Assembly (NCBI GenBank): GCA_020137815.1
Contig: CM035362.1
Location: forward strand, 1,736,001-1,800,000
Length of the DNA: 64,000 nucleotides
Direction of reading: 5' to 3'
Source: Hormiphora californensis
Taxonomy: Eukaryota > Animalia > Ctenophora
How positions within the stretch are numbered: the stretch's first letter is position 1; every line of letters starts with the position of its first letter. The notes below the pieces were generated by a model, which was given only the letters and a program-made list of their open reading frames with translations, searched no databases and was not told the DNA's origin. The translations under genes were made by a program, and so were the position numbers. Positions 25,028 through 37,708 of this stretch are shown in pieces.

Positions 25028-28000
25028 TAGGTCGAGAAAGAGAATGTGTGTGAGAGAGAGAGACAGAGAAAGAGAGAGAGAGAGAGATAGGGAAAGAGAG
25101 AATCGAAGGCAGAGAGGGAAAGCAGATGCAGGACGCTTATTGGGGTGGTGCCATCACGTGACGATCACGTGACCTATAGTTGCAGAGGGGAAGAAAAGAT
25201 AAGGGTTAGGGCGTGTGCACAGTGCAGTAGTTAGGGCGTGTGTACTGTATAGTGACGTAATGTTCACACTGTGTGCGTGTGACTAGAAAGTGTCTAATTT
25301 TTCACATACCACTGCAACGGTATTTTACTTTATAATTACTAGTGTTTTTGCAGTGGTCTAAGTTTTCACAGTACACTGTAACCGGTGGTCTACGGTGTAC
25401 TGTGAAAACTTAGATAACCGGTTAAAATTGTCTAATAAGAGTTAGAGAGTTATTATAATATTAGGGAAATTTGAGAGTTAGTATTTTAGTGGTTTGGTAT
25501 TTTAGGTAGGGTAGAAAGGGGTAAAATGGCACACGGGGTAAAATGGCACATGTATGGGGTAAAATGGTCCTAGTTATTACATGTAGTCACGTGACTTTTT
25601 CTCCAGCGGAGACCTGCTCGTTCTGTTCCGAATTTTTGCTTTAAAACTGCTGTAATTTCTGTTTGAGTTGGCCGATTTTAATTTTGCAAAAACTGCCAGT
25701 TAGGGTTTTTATCCTTCTAAAACTTGGTATAAAAATTTTTCAAAAAACCCACTACAGTCGGACCCCGATTTAAGGACACCCTCGGGGGAAAGGGTCTTGT
25801 CCACTAAATCGGGGTGTCCACTAAATCGGGGTGAGCCATATTTGACCCAAAAAACCTATTTTATTACCCAAAATGCTATATTATTAAGACTAAAGACACC
25901 TCTAACTGCTATATGCAATATTCATGTATTGATGACATGATCATTTCTGATTAGAAAAAGAAAAATATAAAATAATTCTTTTTCAAAAAAATGTGGAAAA
26001 TTTTCTAAGTTATACCAGCCCGTCCGGCTTGTATTTCGAATCGGTGCAACTTACTGGATATCCTGTCTAATTAGCGGGTTCAAAACGAACCGATACGTGA
26101 TACCATACCGAATCGGAGCACCCTAAGCGGGTGAGGAAGTATAAAAATTTCAAAATAACTTTTTCTCTCAAAATTTATGGGGAGCACCGATCAAAGCATT
26201 GACAATCGTACTGTAAAATTTTGCAAAAAAGTTATAAAATTTTTTAAAGGTATACCAGCCACGTCCGAATCGTGTTTCGAATCGGTGCATCTTATCGCAT
26301 GTCCTGCTGCTAATTAGACGGAACGAATCGAAACGTGATCCCCATCGAATCGAAATTTTGACGCTTGGACCTTGGTGAACTTGTGATTCGATGGGCACCA
26401 TGGGGATCACGTATCGGTTCGTTCCGAACCGTCTAATTAGCAGAAGGACATGCGATAAGATGCACCGATTCGAAACACGATTTGGACATGGCTGGAATCT
26501 TTTTGAAAAATTTCACAAAAAATTTCCCAAAAAAATTTTTGGGGGAAAAAAATCATGTCCCTAAATCGGGGTGTCCCTAAATCGGGGGTCCCTAAATCGG
26601 GGTCCGACTGTATTAAGTTGATTAAATTGTCAAATTAGTCAAACTGGGGTAAAATGGTTCACCCTCGCTGGGGTAAAATGGTTCACCCTGGGACCAATGA
26701 AATCGAGCCTCCAATACCACGTGATACCAACTGGGGTAAAATGGTCCAGCACACTGGGGTAAAATGGTCCAGCAGAACAGAAATTACTGAAGATAACATG
26801 GACCATTTTACCCCAGTGCTCTAACAACACCAGGCACGTGATAAAAATCGAGCAATGCTATTGGCTGGACCATTTTACCCCAGTGCAAAATTTCCAAAAA
26901 AGCCCTACCAAACTTTTTGAATTGATTAATTAAGCTATTAAATAAAACTTTCAGATTTTAAAATTTAGCTCGTCTGAAAGGAAAACGTTTCATTGGATAG
27001 CCTATATAATCTTCTTGCTGTATAAATTGAGTATTTTAGAACCTAAAACGTTAGAAAGTGTGCCATTTTACCCCTTTCTACCCTAGTTAGGTACTAGGTA
27101 GGGACACAATCTACCACAGTACCAACAAGTTAGGGCGATGACCTACGTTTTGTAGTAGCAGTGGTAGTCCCGAGTGAGAGGGTGGGTGCTGTAGTAGCTG
27201 CTGAGGAGGAGGTCGCTCCAAATAGACCTATACAGTTGATAAATTAACACAGAGTCACAATAAATAGGAAGTTTGTAAATTGTATCTCCATCTGTTTCAT
27301 GTCCCAGCTTTCACAAGAAACAGAGTTTAGCTCGTAACTAAACTTTAACCTATAAACTATTACTTGGCGCTGCAGTTGTAGCTCCCCCGAAGAGTGAAGG
27401 GGCAGCAGCAGTAGTGGTGGTGGTAGTGGCGGCTGCTGGTGCTCCAAATAGAGATGGCGTTGTAGTAGCAGCTGAAGAATAGAGGATATGAATTAGGAAA
27501 GACAGGAGAGAGACGATAAGGAGTTGATATTGTGACACACATGAGAGAGAGGTCGGAGGATAGGGAGATATTGATCAGACTCATGTCTCATGATAATTAA
27601 AAGTGAGAGTGTATATACCTTTAGTAGCTCCTAAGGAAAGAGTGGGTGCTGCAGCTGTTGAAGTTGTCGTACCAAACAGTGAACCACCTGAACAGAAAGT
27701 TACTTTGGCGCCACGTGGGGGACTATTTGGTAATTGGATAGAGCGGTATACTATTTATTAGGGTGTATCTCAAGCATCTGACTGTCTAATAACCTGTTGA
27801 TGGGGCTGCTGCAGTGCCTCCCAAATTGAATAGCGATGGTTTAGAGGTAGCTGCTGGTGTTGCTGCAGGGGCCGCTGTGGGAGTACTGAATAAACCACCC
27901 GCGGGCTTAGCTCCACCAGTACCTAGAAGGGGGAGGGATGGTGGATCAGGACAGAGCTTCCTCTATTTTACTGATTCTGCCCCTTCCCTGTTATGTTCCT

Positions 28001-28436
28001 TCATTAGTGTCTACTGTCTAATCAAACTTCAAGGCAATTCTTCAGACATATGTATATGATGTGAGGAAAAAGACAATAAAAACTCACCGAATAGTGATGG
28101 TGCAGCAGTTGAGGCAGGTGCAGCTGCGGCAGTTGTCCCAAAGAGGGATGTCCCTGTTGTGGATGCTGCAGGCGTAGGTGCTCCAAATAATGAAGGGGTT
28201 GAACTGGCTGTGTAAATAGTGTGTTAATAAAGTAGAGACAAGATTTGTTAATACCTTGAACTGTTCAAACAATATTAGAACAATTGAGACAATAACAACT
28301 AAATTAATCGATATTGCATGACATAAATCCTAATACCAGGACAACAAGAACTTAAAAAATTAATCTTACCTGTAGAAGTGTTTCCAAAGAGAGAAGGTGT
28401 CCCAGTACTCGCCCCTGTATTACCAAACAAAGACAT
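20615..28436 (-). CDS. NUP62: Nucleoporin p62 (408 aa, 14 coding exons)
   Basis: Exons 28436-28370, 28207-28088, 27922-27794, 27687-27619, 27471-27364, 27227-27147, 24543-24467, 24308-24234, 22931-22883, 22753-22622, 21695-21603, 21365-21289, 20896-20822, 20689-20615; SLFG repeats, Thr/Ala linker, then Nsp1_C coiled coil TYKQLEELINKWSIELEEQE..QVNQWDR..LDFISSQQQELEDML..ISKILNMHMDALVWID. Confidence 0.96.
22033..22533. mobile_element. Intronic TIR element
   Basis: TGACACTCATGCC ... GGCATGAGTATCA; internal repeated GGCAGTTAA / GGTGGGTG motifs. Confidence 0.5.
22950..24048. mobile_element. Non-autonomous mariner-like element
   Basis: TA|TTAGGTTGTCCAGGAAATAATGTCG ... CGACATTATTTCTTGGACAACCTAA|TA. 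Confidence 0.85.
23440..23611. mobile_element. pogo/Tigger-like MITE nested in the mariner-like element
   Basis: TA|CAGTCGGACCCCGATTTAAC ... GTTAAATCGGGGTCCGACTG|TA with internal CCCCGATTTA repeats; partial copies at ~14430-14467 and ~49440-49563. Confidence 0.9.
24562..24832. mobile_element. TIR-bounded repeat carrying an array of GC-rich mini-hairpins
   Basis: ATTAGATGACTG ... CAGTCATCTAAT; internal GGCCGAAGGCC, GACCGACAGGTC and 3x CGAGCCTGCGAG. Confidence 0.55.
25509..27083. mobile_element. TA-flanked non-autonomous DNA transposon
   Basis: TA|GGGTAGAAAGGGGTAAAATGGCACAC ... GTGTGCCATTTTACCCCTTTCTACCC|TA; many internal GGGGTAAAATGG repeats. Confidence 0.9.
25755..26610. mobile_element. Longer pogo-like element nested in the previous one
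   Basis: TA|CAGTCGGACCCCGATTTA ... TAAATCGGGGTCCGACTG|TA; same TIR family as 23440-23611; internal direct and inverted ~90-bp repeats. Confidence 0.9.
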
Positions 28437-28985
28437 CACTACAATACATTATATCTTAGTAGCAAAATGCTGCAGGGACTTCACCCACACACATTATACA
28501 CACACTTTTCATCACTGACAATTATGGGAGATTGATAATGGAGCCGATCTCCAACTTTGTATAAAAAACTACAAATATCGACATATAATGTCATCCAATC
28601 GGACATCTCCTGTACAAAGAATCCCACGGGAATCAGGACCACTCCAGAACGCAGAATTTAATTAACAGGTGCTCACTGCTCTGTGCGACGATCTCTCATG
28701 CATGTGGTGTCTGCTGACCTCTCATGACTTCGGCCATCTCCTGTGTGTCACCTGGAGTCTCCCGGGACCTGGAATCTCCTAAAGGCCGTCATATTTTTTC
28801 ACGGATCGTGGGATTTATCGAAAAATCCAAGTAATGGACTTTTCGGTTTGGATTTCAATTTATTGTTAACTGCACAGACCACATTTTACTACACAGGCCC
28901 CTTGTCACACGCAGTCCGGGATAACGCAACGCCTTCCAGGCTCTTTTCAAAATTTTACTGTTTTGTTTTGAAAAAGGAAGAGTTT

Positions 28986-30597
28986 TAAAGTCGGATTTTT
29001 TGAAACTGTCACCCCCCTTTTCGTGCGCGGAATGTTTTTGCGCGTCACATCACATGTTAACGTGTGGTGTGCGCGTCAAAATTGATAAATTTCACATGCA
29101 CGGTCTTTTTGGGGTGACAGTTTCAAAAAATCCGACTTTAAAGTGCGTTTCAAACGACTTGACCTGAGATTCCTGGAAATTCAGGATTTCCCCTTTGTAA
29201 ATACACGCGCGATGCGCCGAATTCCAAGAATTACGGGTCAAGTCGCTTGAAACGGACTTTAATAAGGAACCATAATAAAGTTCAAGAGCCTCCAAGAGCA
29301 CCCAAGAGCGCACCCGATCGAAGAGAGACCACACCTGAGAGCGCACCACACCCAAAAGAGACCACATCCAAGAGCGCACCACCTCCAGAAGACACCACTT
29401 CAAGAGCGCACCACATCAAAGAGAGCTCCCCATCCAAAAGATACCACGCGCAGGGGACACCACGCGCAGAAGAGACCAGCGCGGCGTTGTATTTGCGCGT
29501 GCGGTCTCTTCTGCGCGTGGTGTCCCCTGCGCGCGGTATCTTCTGGATGGGGAGCTCTCTTTGATGAGGTGCGCTCTTGGAGTGGTGTCTTTTGGAGGTG
29601 GTACGCTCTTGGATGGGGTGCGCTCTTGAACTTTATTATGGTTCCTTATATTTGGATGAAAAATAAAAAAGCGAGGCCCAAAAGTTTGCCCCGAATAATA
29701 AAAAAGGAGCCGCGCAAGGGACATTTTGACGTAACGCGCGAAAACTTTTGATAAAATGACTGCGAAAAGTCTGCGCGCTCAAATGTTTTGCGCATGCAAA
29801 ATATAAATTCGGCACACACAAATTTTTTTTAATTTAATATCGGATTTTTTGAAACTGTCACCCCCCTGGGTATTTTCAAATTTCGCAAATGACCATAAAT
29901 CCGGTTCCTGACGAGATAGAGACTTGAAATTTGGAGGTTACGAAGATCTTGCTAAGTTCTTCCGAACCTCCAAATTTCAAGTCTCTATCTTATCAGGAAC
30001 CGAAGATATGGCAAATTTTGTTATTCCAGGGGGTGACAGTTTCAAAAAATCCGACTTTACGTTCTGGTTGGCCAGGTTGGCACTTTTTGGAGGTTGTCCC
30101 TGACCCCCGTGGCCAGATGTGGAAGTGTGTTTTGATATCTAAGCCCTCGATGGAAATTAAAAGAAGAAAGAGGTTTGACTGCACCTTGCCGTGCCTGTAA
30201 AATCGGATTTTTTGAAGTTGTCACCCCCCTTTTCACACGCGGCGTCGTATTTGTGCGTGACAGCCCCCACTTCCTCTCACTTTTCGGCAAAAAACCGCAT
30301 ATCATCAGAAAGAGCATGATTTTGTGAGTCCGTAAAGTTTTTGTTTGACGAAATTGGTCAAGAAACAAAGGCGTGAGAGCCTAAACAAGTTTCCAGCGCG
30401 CAAATAAAATGTCGCGTGCCACCCAGGGGGGTGACAACTTCAGAAAATCCGACTTTAAAGTCTTTTTATTTTCAACTGTTCTAAATTGAAATTCAGAATT
30501 TTTGTGGCGCGAGCTACACGTTAACATGTGATAAACATGCAAAACAATTCCGTGCACGACTTTGAGAGGTGAACAGTTGAAAAAAATGGAGTACATA
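28986..30597. mobile_element. Complex foldback-type non-autonomous element
   Basis: ~30-bp motif TAAAGTCGGATTTTTTGAAACTGTCACCCC in alternating orientation (F28986, R29140, F~29840, R30059, F30198, R30457, degenerate R~30597); 29021-29080 is inverted at 30500-30558; hairpins 29264-29647 and 29901-30000. Confidence 0.7.
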
Positions 30598-30668
30598 CTT
30601 GGGATTGACTGTTTTTTTACGCAATTTTAACTGTTTTAAACCCAAATAGAATGGCCTAGATCTGACAA

Positions 30669-33600
30669 ATGGAACTTGAATCTTTGATACAAATACCCCA
30701 TGTGAGTATCCATATCTTTAACACGAAGTGAAGGAAATCACAATAAACAATATCGCTCGATTTAGGTTGCTTCGTGGGGTCTTTAACATTTTAATCATTT
30801 CTTATAGGTTTCTGGTGTCAGATGTTTCCAAGACTTGTTCGAGACGGAACCTTCCAAGCCTGGTACTCTCCTTATTTCACTTCACATCCTCCTTTTTGAA
30901 TCGCCTAACTGTAAGGTATGGTGATTTACTATAAACCTTTGATGCAGGACGTCGTAAAATAATTTATTTTAGAATGTTACCTCATTAGAGATTTATCCCG
31001 AGCTGTTTCAGTTTCAGGTGATACACAGAGCTATAGAAAAGTTCCAGTCCGTGGATGAACGAACACTGTCCGTTATAACCAAGGATTTCAATGTGTATAC
31101 TCTGATCTTTGAAGAGGTGCAATGATTAATTGAATAATTGATCACACAATTTTATAATATATTTTATGTCCTCCGTATTTTGTATTGCTACGAAAGTATG
31201 TCTGAATCTAGCCATGTTGCAGGAGTTAGAGTGTATTCAAGTACTGGCTAGTTTGGTTGCTCTCTCATCAGTTTCTGACCCCCGGGAATCCCTTGCCTTC
31301 TACTGCAAACCAAACAGAGCTTGTCAGGTATGAAAAGTTACAGGTCACCAACCCGTATAAAAAGGGTTGTGGTATCATTTAACATTCGGATGACTCTCTC
31401 GCTCCCTCCCTAGTCCCTTTCTTTCCCTGTCTCTCCCACTACACCCTTTTCTATCTTTTTCTGTAACTATCGTTACAGCAGATATTGTTATCACATGTCT
31501 TACCCTAATGCTTCCTAGAACACTAGAACATTCTGTACGCTAAAAAGGTGTCATTGCTTTGTAACCTAATATCTCAAACACAACTGTGATAACATACTGC
31601 AAAACTATATATGCCCTCTGTGTATAATAGGGCGGATATTATTATCTGGTACTTCATCTGATGATAGCCACCTGGTCATTGCAAAACTAGAAATCATTTC
31701 ACTTTCCCCCTGCTCCCCCTAGTTCTATAAATGGATGTCACGTCATTGACAGTTCACCAGAATATATGACCTCGCCCCTAGTTTAGCGGGCACATAATCA
31801 TTTTCTTTAACTCACTAACTTGCAGGGGATGTAACATAATTCCAATACGTTTCAGCCAGTTGAGGTATTTAACGAGGAACAGGAACTACTTTGGTTGGAA
31901 TTCCCACCGCCCGACTGGGAAATTTGTAAAACTGCCAACGAGAACTTTGCAGTAAGTTCCAATCTCACCTTTTTTAGTTGTTTTACAGTTCATACAAGTA
32001 GTACGTGTTTTTTGCAGCAGTATACGACCCACCATGAGGCCTAGAATTCATTAAACTGGCCTTTAATATTCTCCCTTTTGTCCTTTCTCTATAATTTCCT
32101 GGTCATATTCCTGCTAAGGCGACTATGCTGCTATTGTGAGACTCACAGAATGTGAGTGCTGCTGGAAGCTCAAAGTCTCAAAGCTGCAGCTCCGGGTAAT
32201 ATTGAGACGAGAAATAGCAGGAGTTATTTGTACTGTTCATGCCGTGCGTTGGGGGGGGTATGAACAAAGAAAGGAAATATGTACTTGTAGATTGAAGGAG
32301 CTGAGTGAAAACTTACCTAATGTACCAGATGTTCATAAGACTAATCCCCCCCTCTCTCCAGAGCTGTAGTGTGTTTGTATGGAACTACTACTCATTGTGA
32401 ATCATTAGTACGAAGTTCTCTCTCTCTCTCTCTCTCTCTCTCCCCTCTCTCTCTCTCTCCCCCTCTCTCTCTCTCTCAGGTCCCTTGGGGAGGCATTATT
32501 GAATATCACGTACACAGCTTACAAACAGACAATATCACATTCTGAGTGTTCGTCTCTCACACCATCATACCATCTCAGAATAATATGTTTGGTTTAGTTC
32601 GACTGTACCTCGCACTGTTCTCATCTCAGAATAGGTTCTGGGGTAGAAGTTACAAAGCAACAATTTCCCAGTAACTATACGACCACATCGACCTGGATAC
32701 TTGGAGAGATAGAGAGAGAAGATTAGACTGAAAGGGTAGAAAGAGAGAAGATTAGACTGAAAGGATAGAGAAAGAGAGAAGATTAGACTGAAAGGGGATA
32801 AGAATGAAGGAGACTTGGCCTATTGTAGAACAGATCCAAAGCCATTGTCTATTTACCTTGGCCATGTGAATTGACATGACACTCCCTATTCAACCCATTC
32901 AACGCACTATTCAACCCATTCAACACTTAATTAGACGCACTATTACTACAGTCAACATGTCCATTGGCAACTTACCAATATCAATTTATATCTCAACATT
33001 CATTTACATTGTTTCAGTATGTTACTATTTATCCCAGCTTGGCCCTAGCATCAAAGTCGATACCCCCAAGTTCCAAACTCTATCCCCAGTTGATACCCCC
33101 ACTCTCTCTCTCTAGCATCTAAATTGATATATCCCCCAAACTTACACAGTGGGCTAAACTATGTCCCACTTCATTCCCTTGCTCTAAGTTGATATCCCCA
33201 CTCTCTCCCTTATCCCTAGCATCTAAATTGATATCCCCCTCCCCCCAGATAAGTGATTGTTACTCCAAAGCACTTGTAATTCCAACCGGGTGGCAGGATG
33301 TAGTAAGAAGTAACTTGGCCCCAACCCGAGAAAAAGGGAGGGTTCCCCGACCCACTTACCACCATCGACACCGCTCTGGAAAACATGTGAGTAATGTTTA
33401 GAAGGGAAAAATATTTCTCTTTGTAGGATCAGAGATTGGCAAAAGAAGACACTCCGTTGTATGAAGCATTGCAAAGAGAGCAATAATTGGGGTTACTTGA
33501 AGATATCCTATTTAGGTCAAAGTGTTATATTTTATAAAATATCTTCGTGGGTGGTCATCCCAGGCCCAAAGCTTGTATAAACGCTGCTGAGGGGAAGAAT

Positions 33601-35130
33601 TATAGTTGATTGAAAGCGTGCACAAAATAATAGTATACCCTTCTTCATGAAAATTATTGCATAATTAAATTCTTGGCATAAGCTTGGGTATGATATATTC
33701 TTCTATCCTCCTGCGCTGTCTCTCTCATGTTATCGCGCGCTACGTTCCCAAGAAGAGAGGGGCACTGTACCCAAGGCATAAGCTAAGGTTCGATCTTTTT
33801 CCCAATTCATACCTCCAACCTCCTTCAGGTTATGCTGTTAACAGCAGGGCGGCCATCAGAGTCCCGTGGAATATTCCATTTCCGGCTCCAGGAATCACAA
33901 TTCCGGGATTTTGATCACGATTATATGAGGAGAGTGGCAGCACTAAGTGGAAGTGCTACACTCATTACAGTCACTAATTTTAGAGGTAAAATTATCTGGC
34001 GAAATGTAGAATTTAGATACGCGAGAGCATTTTTGATGCTGGCATTTATTCGACTTCACATGTCCTATAACTAACAGCTACAGATGTAATTGGAGGCGGG
34101 TCCCCCCCCCCAATTTTATTGGTTACTTTATGCAATCAATCACCCAATTCTTTGCAGACAAAATGGCAAGAAGAGACTATGATAATTGGAATCATATTCG
34201 AGTCAACTTGCCTTCTGAAGAGGACCTCTCACACGCCATGGGTAAGCAATCATTCAGCACCTTCTGATTTTTGGTCTTCTGATTTTAACTCAAACTCTAA
34301 AGGAATGTTTCTATCCTGTAGATGACATTCGAAGTAAGGGCACGTGGTTATCAGGGAACCGGAAGTGGTTAGATGCCATTTGGAGTACATTCGTCCTAGT
34401 TTCTGATGTTATTAGTCTGTTGCGGGGTTCCCTTTCCAGCGTTATGGTCGAGGTTTACCCCCATCTGGTCAACTCACTCGTTCAAATCTGTCTTGAGAGT
34501 AGGTGAGTGTGTCGGTAGAGGGCGGGGCAAAAATGTTAACATTTGTCTGGCAAATCTGACAAATAAAAGTTATAAACGCGGTAGCCCTTTTACTCAATAT
34601 TCAATTATAGATGCAGTTCTGCCTCAGTGTTCCATTACCCTCCCCCTCCCACCAGATACCGAACAACCTATGGTCTTGTCTGTTCGATCCTCCATAAAGA
34701 CTGGCTACACGCGGGATACAACTTCACATCCCCACCCTGTACAGAGTTTACCCTCTTTCTCCACTGTGTCCGACAATTAACAATCTGGTTCCCATCCTCT
34801 TTTGAGTACACTGAATCCCTCCTGATATATCTTCACTCGAATTGTCACGCGTCACGATATGGTGACTTTCTTGGCGCAACAGAGAGGGAGAGAGAGGAGT
34901 TGGGGATACGGGATGGAACTCTTAAAATATGGACTTATGAGTTTGAAAAAGGGACGGGGTGGAAGAGATTTAGTAACACCCGGTATGCCCCATTTAAAGG
35001 GGTGTTACAACCGCGAGCTAGAATCGCACCTGAGACAATTTTACCCTGGCCAAGACTGTTTTTGAAGCACAAAGCTGTTGATAGGAGAAAAGAGGCAATG
35101 GAAACCAAGTGTGTTGCACAAGTGCTCTGA
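30669..35130 (+). CDS. MTMR9: Myotubularin-related pseudophosphatase, MTMR9-like (493 aa, 10 coding exons)
   Basis: Exons 30669-30701, 30808-30915, 31012-31116, 31223-31327, 31856-31951, 33249-33386, 33829-33985, 34158-34241, 34322-34502, 34656-35130; PH-GRAM MELESLIQIPHV..GTL..KDF; myotubularin motifs ANENFAISDCY, GRVP, SLVQICLESRYRT, DWLHAGY, FLHCVRQL..FPSSFEY, YGDFL. Confidence 0.88.
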
Positions 35131-35466
35131 GGTTGGACAAATTGGGACTTTTTTTACTTGTTAAGGTGATTCAGATCAAATTAAAGGAAGTGAATTTGGA
35201 TTGTAAAATGTTAATTTTATCGTTTGTTTTTTAACCCAGATCCGAGTAAATACATTTATCATGGAGTGCAGCACATGGTATGGGACACCGAATTCTCAGA
35301 TAAAATGTCGGCGGAGCGTTTTTGTTCCGGTGTTTCAAATCAAATCTGTCTTGTCCAGGCCAGGAATGTTTTTGAATCGTTTCTTCGGTAACGCGCGACG
35401 ACACGATTATGAATCGTATCGCGCGCCGCGCATTAAATTCCCACGCTATTTCACCATGTGATGCAC

Positions 35467-35741
35467 TCAGATATACGGATGGGAATCTGAGTCAGATGGG
35501 AATCCTCTGACAGATCCGTCATGTCTCAGACAGCGGCACCAGACCCCGTTTTGATCCTCAGTGTGCTCTGAGCAGGTCGGCTCTGTCTTGGGCTCTTCAA
35601 GGGGCTTGAGCTGTGAGTGGTAGCATTTCAAACCTATCTCCGTCTGAATCCGAGTGAGCTTGAGTCCGTCGAATTTAACAGAGCCGTGACAATTTACAAT
35701 ATCCCCCACAGTGGCTGGTAGTGGAAACTGGACAGTGTAAC
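35467..35741 (-). CDS. Terminal exon of an unidentified Cys-rich protein (possibly cystine-knot-like)
   Basis: Acceptor TGACAG at 35742; open 91 codons YTVQFPLP..NCHGS..KCYHSQLKP..TCSE..VWCRCL..*; candidate upstream exon 35925-35894. Confidence 0.5.
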
Positions 35742-36447
35742 CTGTCATTGAAAGTGTGAAACAGAGCCAGGCCACACTGTCTTATACTTATCGGATTAGT
35801 AAGACAGTGTGGCCTGGCTCTGTTTGATAGATTACATGCTGTTCAGTGTCCTGCTATGATATTATATTAGCAGCCACTACCTAACTCACTGACATGAGGA
35901 CTGAGGTGTTCCCTTTAAGATTTGCCTGTCTGGCGTTGACATGGTCCTACTAGGTCATGGTCCTACTAGGTCAGACTAGGACTCCTAGTCTGTCGGCTCG
36001 CGCTAGTCTGTTAACTCACGCGAGCCGGAAGTTGGTCGAGCTGCATATTCGAACATGCAGCTCGACCAACTTTTCCGAGAAGAGAGATACAGATTGCGTA
36101 GCATCGTCTGGACGCGGCGTAAGGCATCACATCATGGAAGTGTAATCATGCGTAACCACTGGTCCAGACGAATGTCTCAGTAGAATAGAAAAGTTTCTCG
36201 CTAAATCAAAATCACTAAATCAGAAACTCTCAGTAAATCTTGACACTGACAGGATATGTATTCAACTAGTGAAATCTCGCTACGACCCTTCTTTCTAGTT
36301 AGCCATAGCTCTGCAGTATAGTGAAATGACTCAGAGCTCACTATTATACATTCCCCTATCAGCGTATAGGTTTGATTGACGCAAATCCTGGTGGGTGGTC
36401 CTCCACTTTCTCCCCCACTTTCTCCCTCGTTTAAAATAAGAGAGAGG

Positions 36448-36510
<63 letters not shown>

Positions 36511-36666
36511 TATATAGAGAGAGTAGAGATAGAGATAGATATAGCTCGACCTCGATCTCTCTCTCTCTCTCGCTATCTCTCTCTCTCTCTCTCGTATCTC
36601 TTCTCTCTCGTCTCTCTCTCTATCTCTCTATCGCTCCGCTCTCTTCGCTCTCTCTCTCTTCTCTCT

Positions 36667-36727
<61 letters not shown>

Positions 36728-37552
36728 ACGCTCTCTCTCGCTTCTCTCTCTCTCTCTCTCCTCTCTTAGAGATAGCTCTATAACTAGCGCGATTTTTCCC
36801 CAAGCCTCCTTCGTTCATGTGACAACTCAAATTGACAAGTGCTGTTTTATTTCTCTCCCCATGAAAAACACATCGACCAATCACTTTTGCGTTGTGTTGT
36901 GCTCAAGAGATATATTTATGTGTTTCAATAAATAGCTCCTACATGACAGCTTATATCTGTTTGCATATTTGACAATTCCAATGACTTTGAAATATTTTTA
37001 AACACTTTGAACTGCTTTCTCCCTTGTTATTAATATGTAATAGCAAGGAGATTAGGAGAAAGCCGAACCTACAGTTCAAACTTTGAATCAAAGTACTTAA
37101 AAATATTTTAAAGTCATTGGAATAATAACAGTGCTGCTTGTTATAGTCATATTACCGTAATAGAAATACAGTAAGGAGACGCGCACGTTGCATAACGTGC
37201 GGCAAAAAGTGCATGTGTTCAGCACGTACTAGTGCCCTGATAGGCCACGGTTGCGTGTCGTCTTAGCTTAGTGTCTTACTGTATCTCAGTTTTCCATTAC
37301 CGTTTTCCCACTACAAGCGACCGTGTAATAGTACGAATTTCGCCTGCAGTAGCGGCGGGGCCCATGAGACCACTCATATATTTTTTGCAGAGTGCCCAAA
37401 ATTTCCCAGACCTTCTATCCGTAATCATTTGTCATGCAAAAAGTATGCTTGTGTAATGTGAAATTCCTGCCATTCCAAACGATTATGTCTGTTTAGGTCC
37501 AAATATTAACCGGAGACATCATCTCACCCTCTCTTTCCCTCCCTTTAGCCTT

Positions 37553-37708
<156 letters not shown>

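Noticed and set aside
29247-29724. Mirror-image ORFs on both strands
   Set aside because: By-product of the palindrome and its ~33-bp subrepeats
32040-32870. Possible nested antisense gene in MTMR9 intron 5 (minus-strand donors at ~32316 and ~32148)
   Set aside because: Could not build a phase-consistent, recognisable ORF; needs RNA-seq
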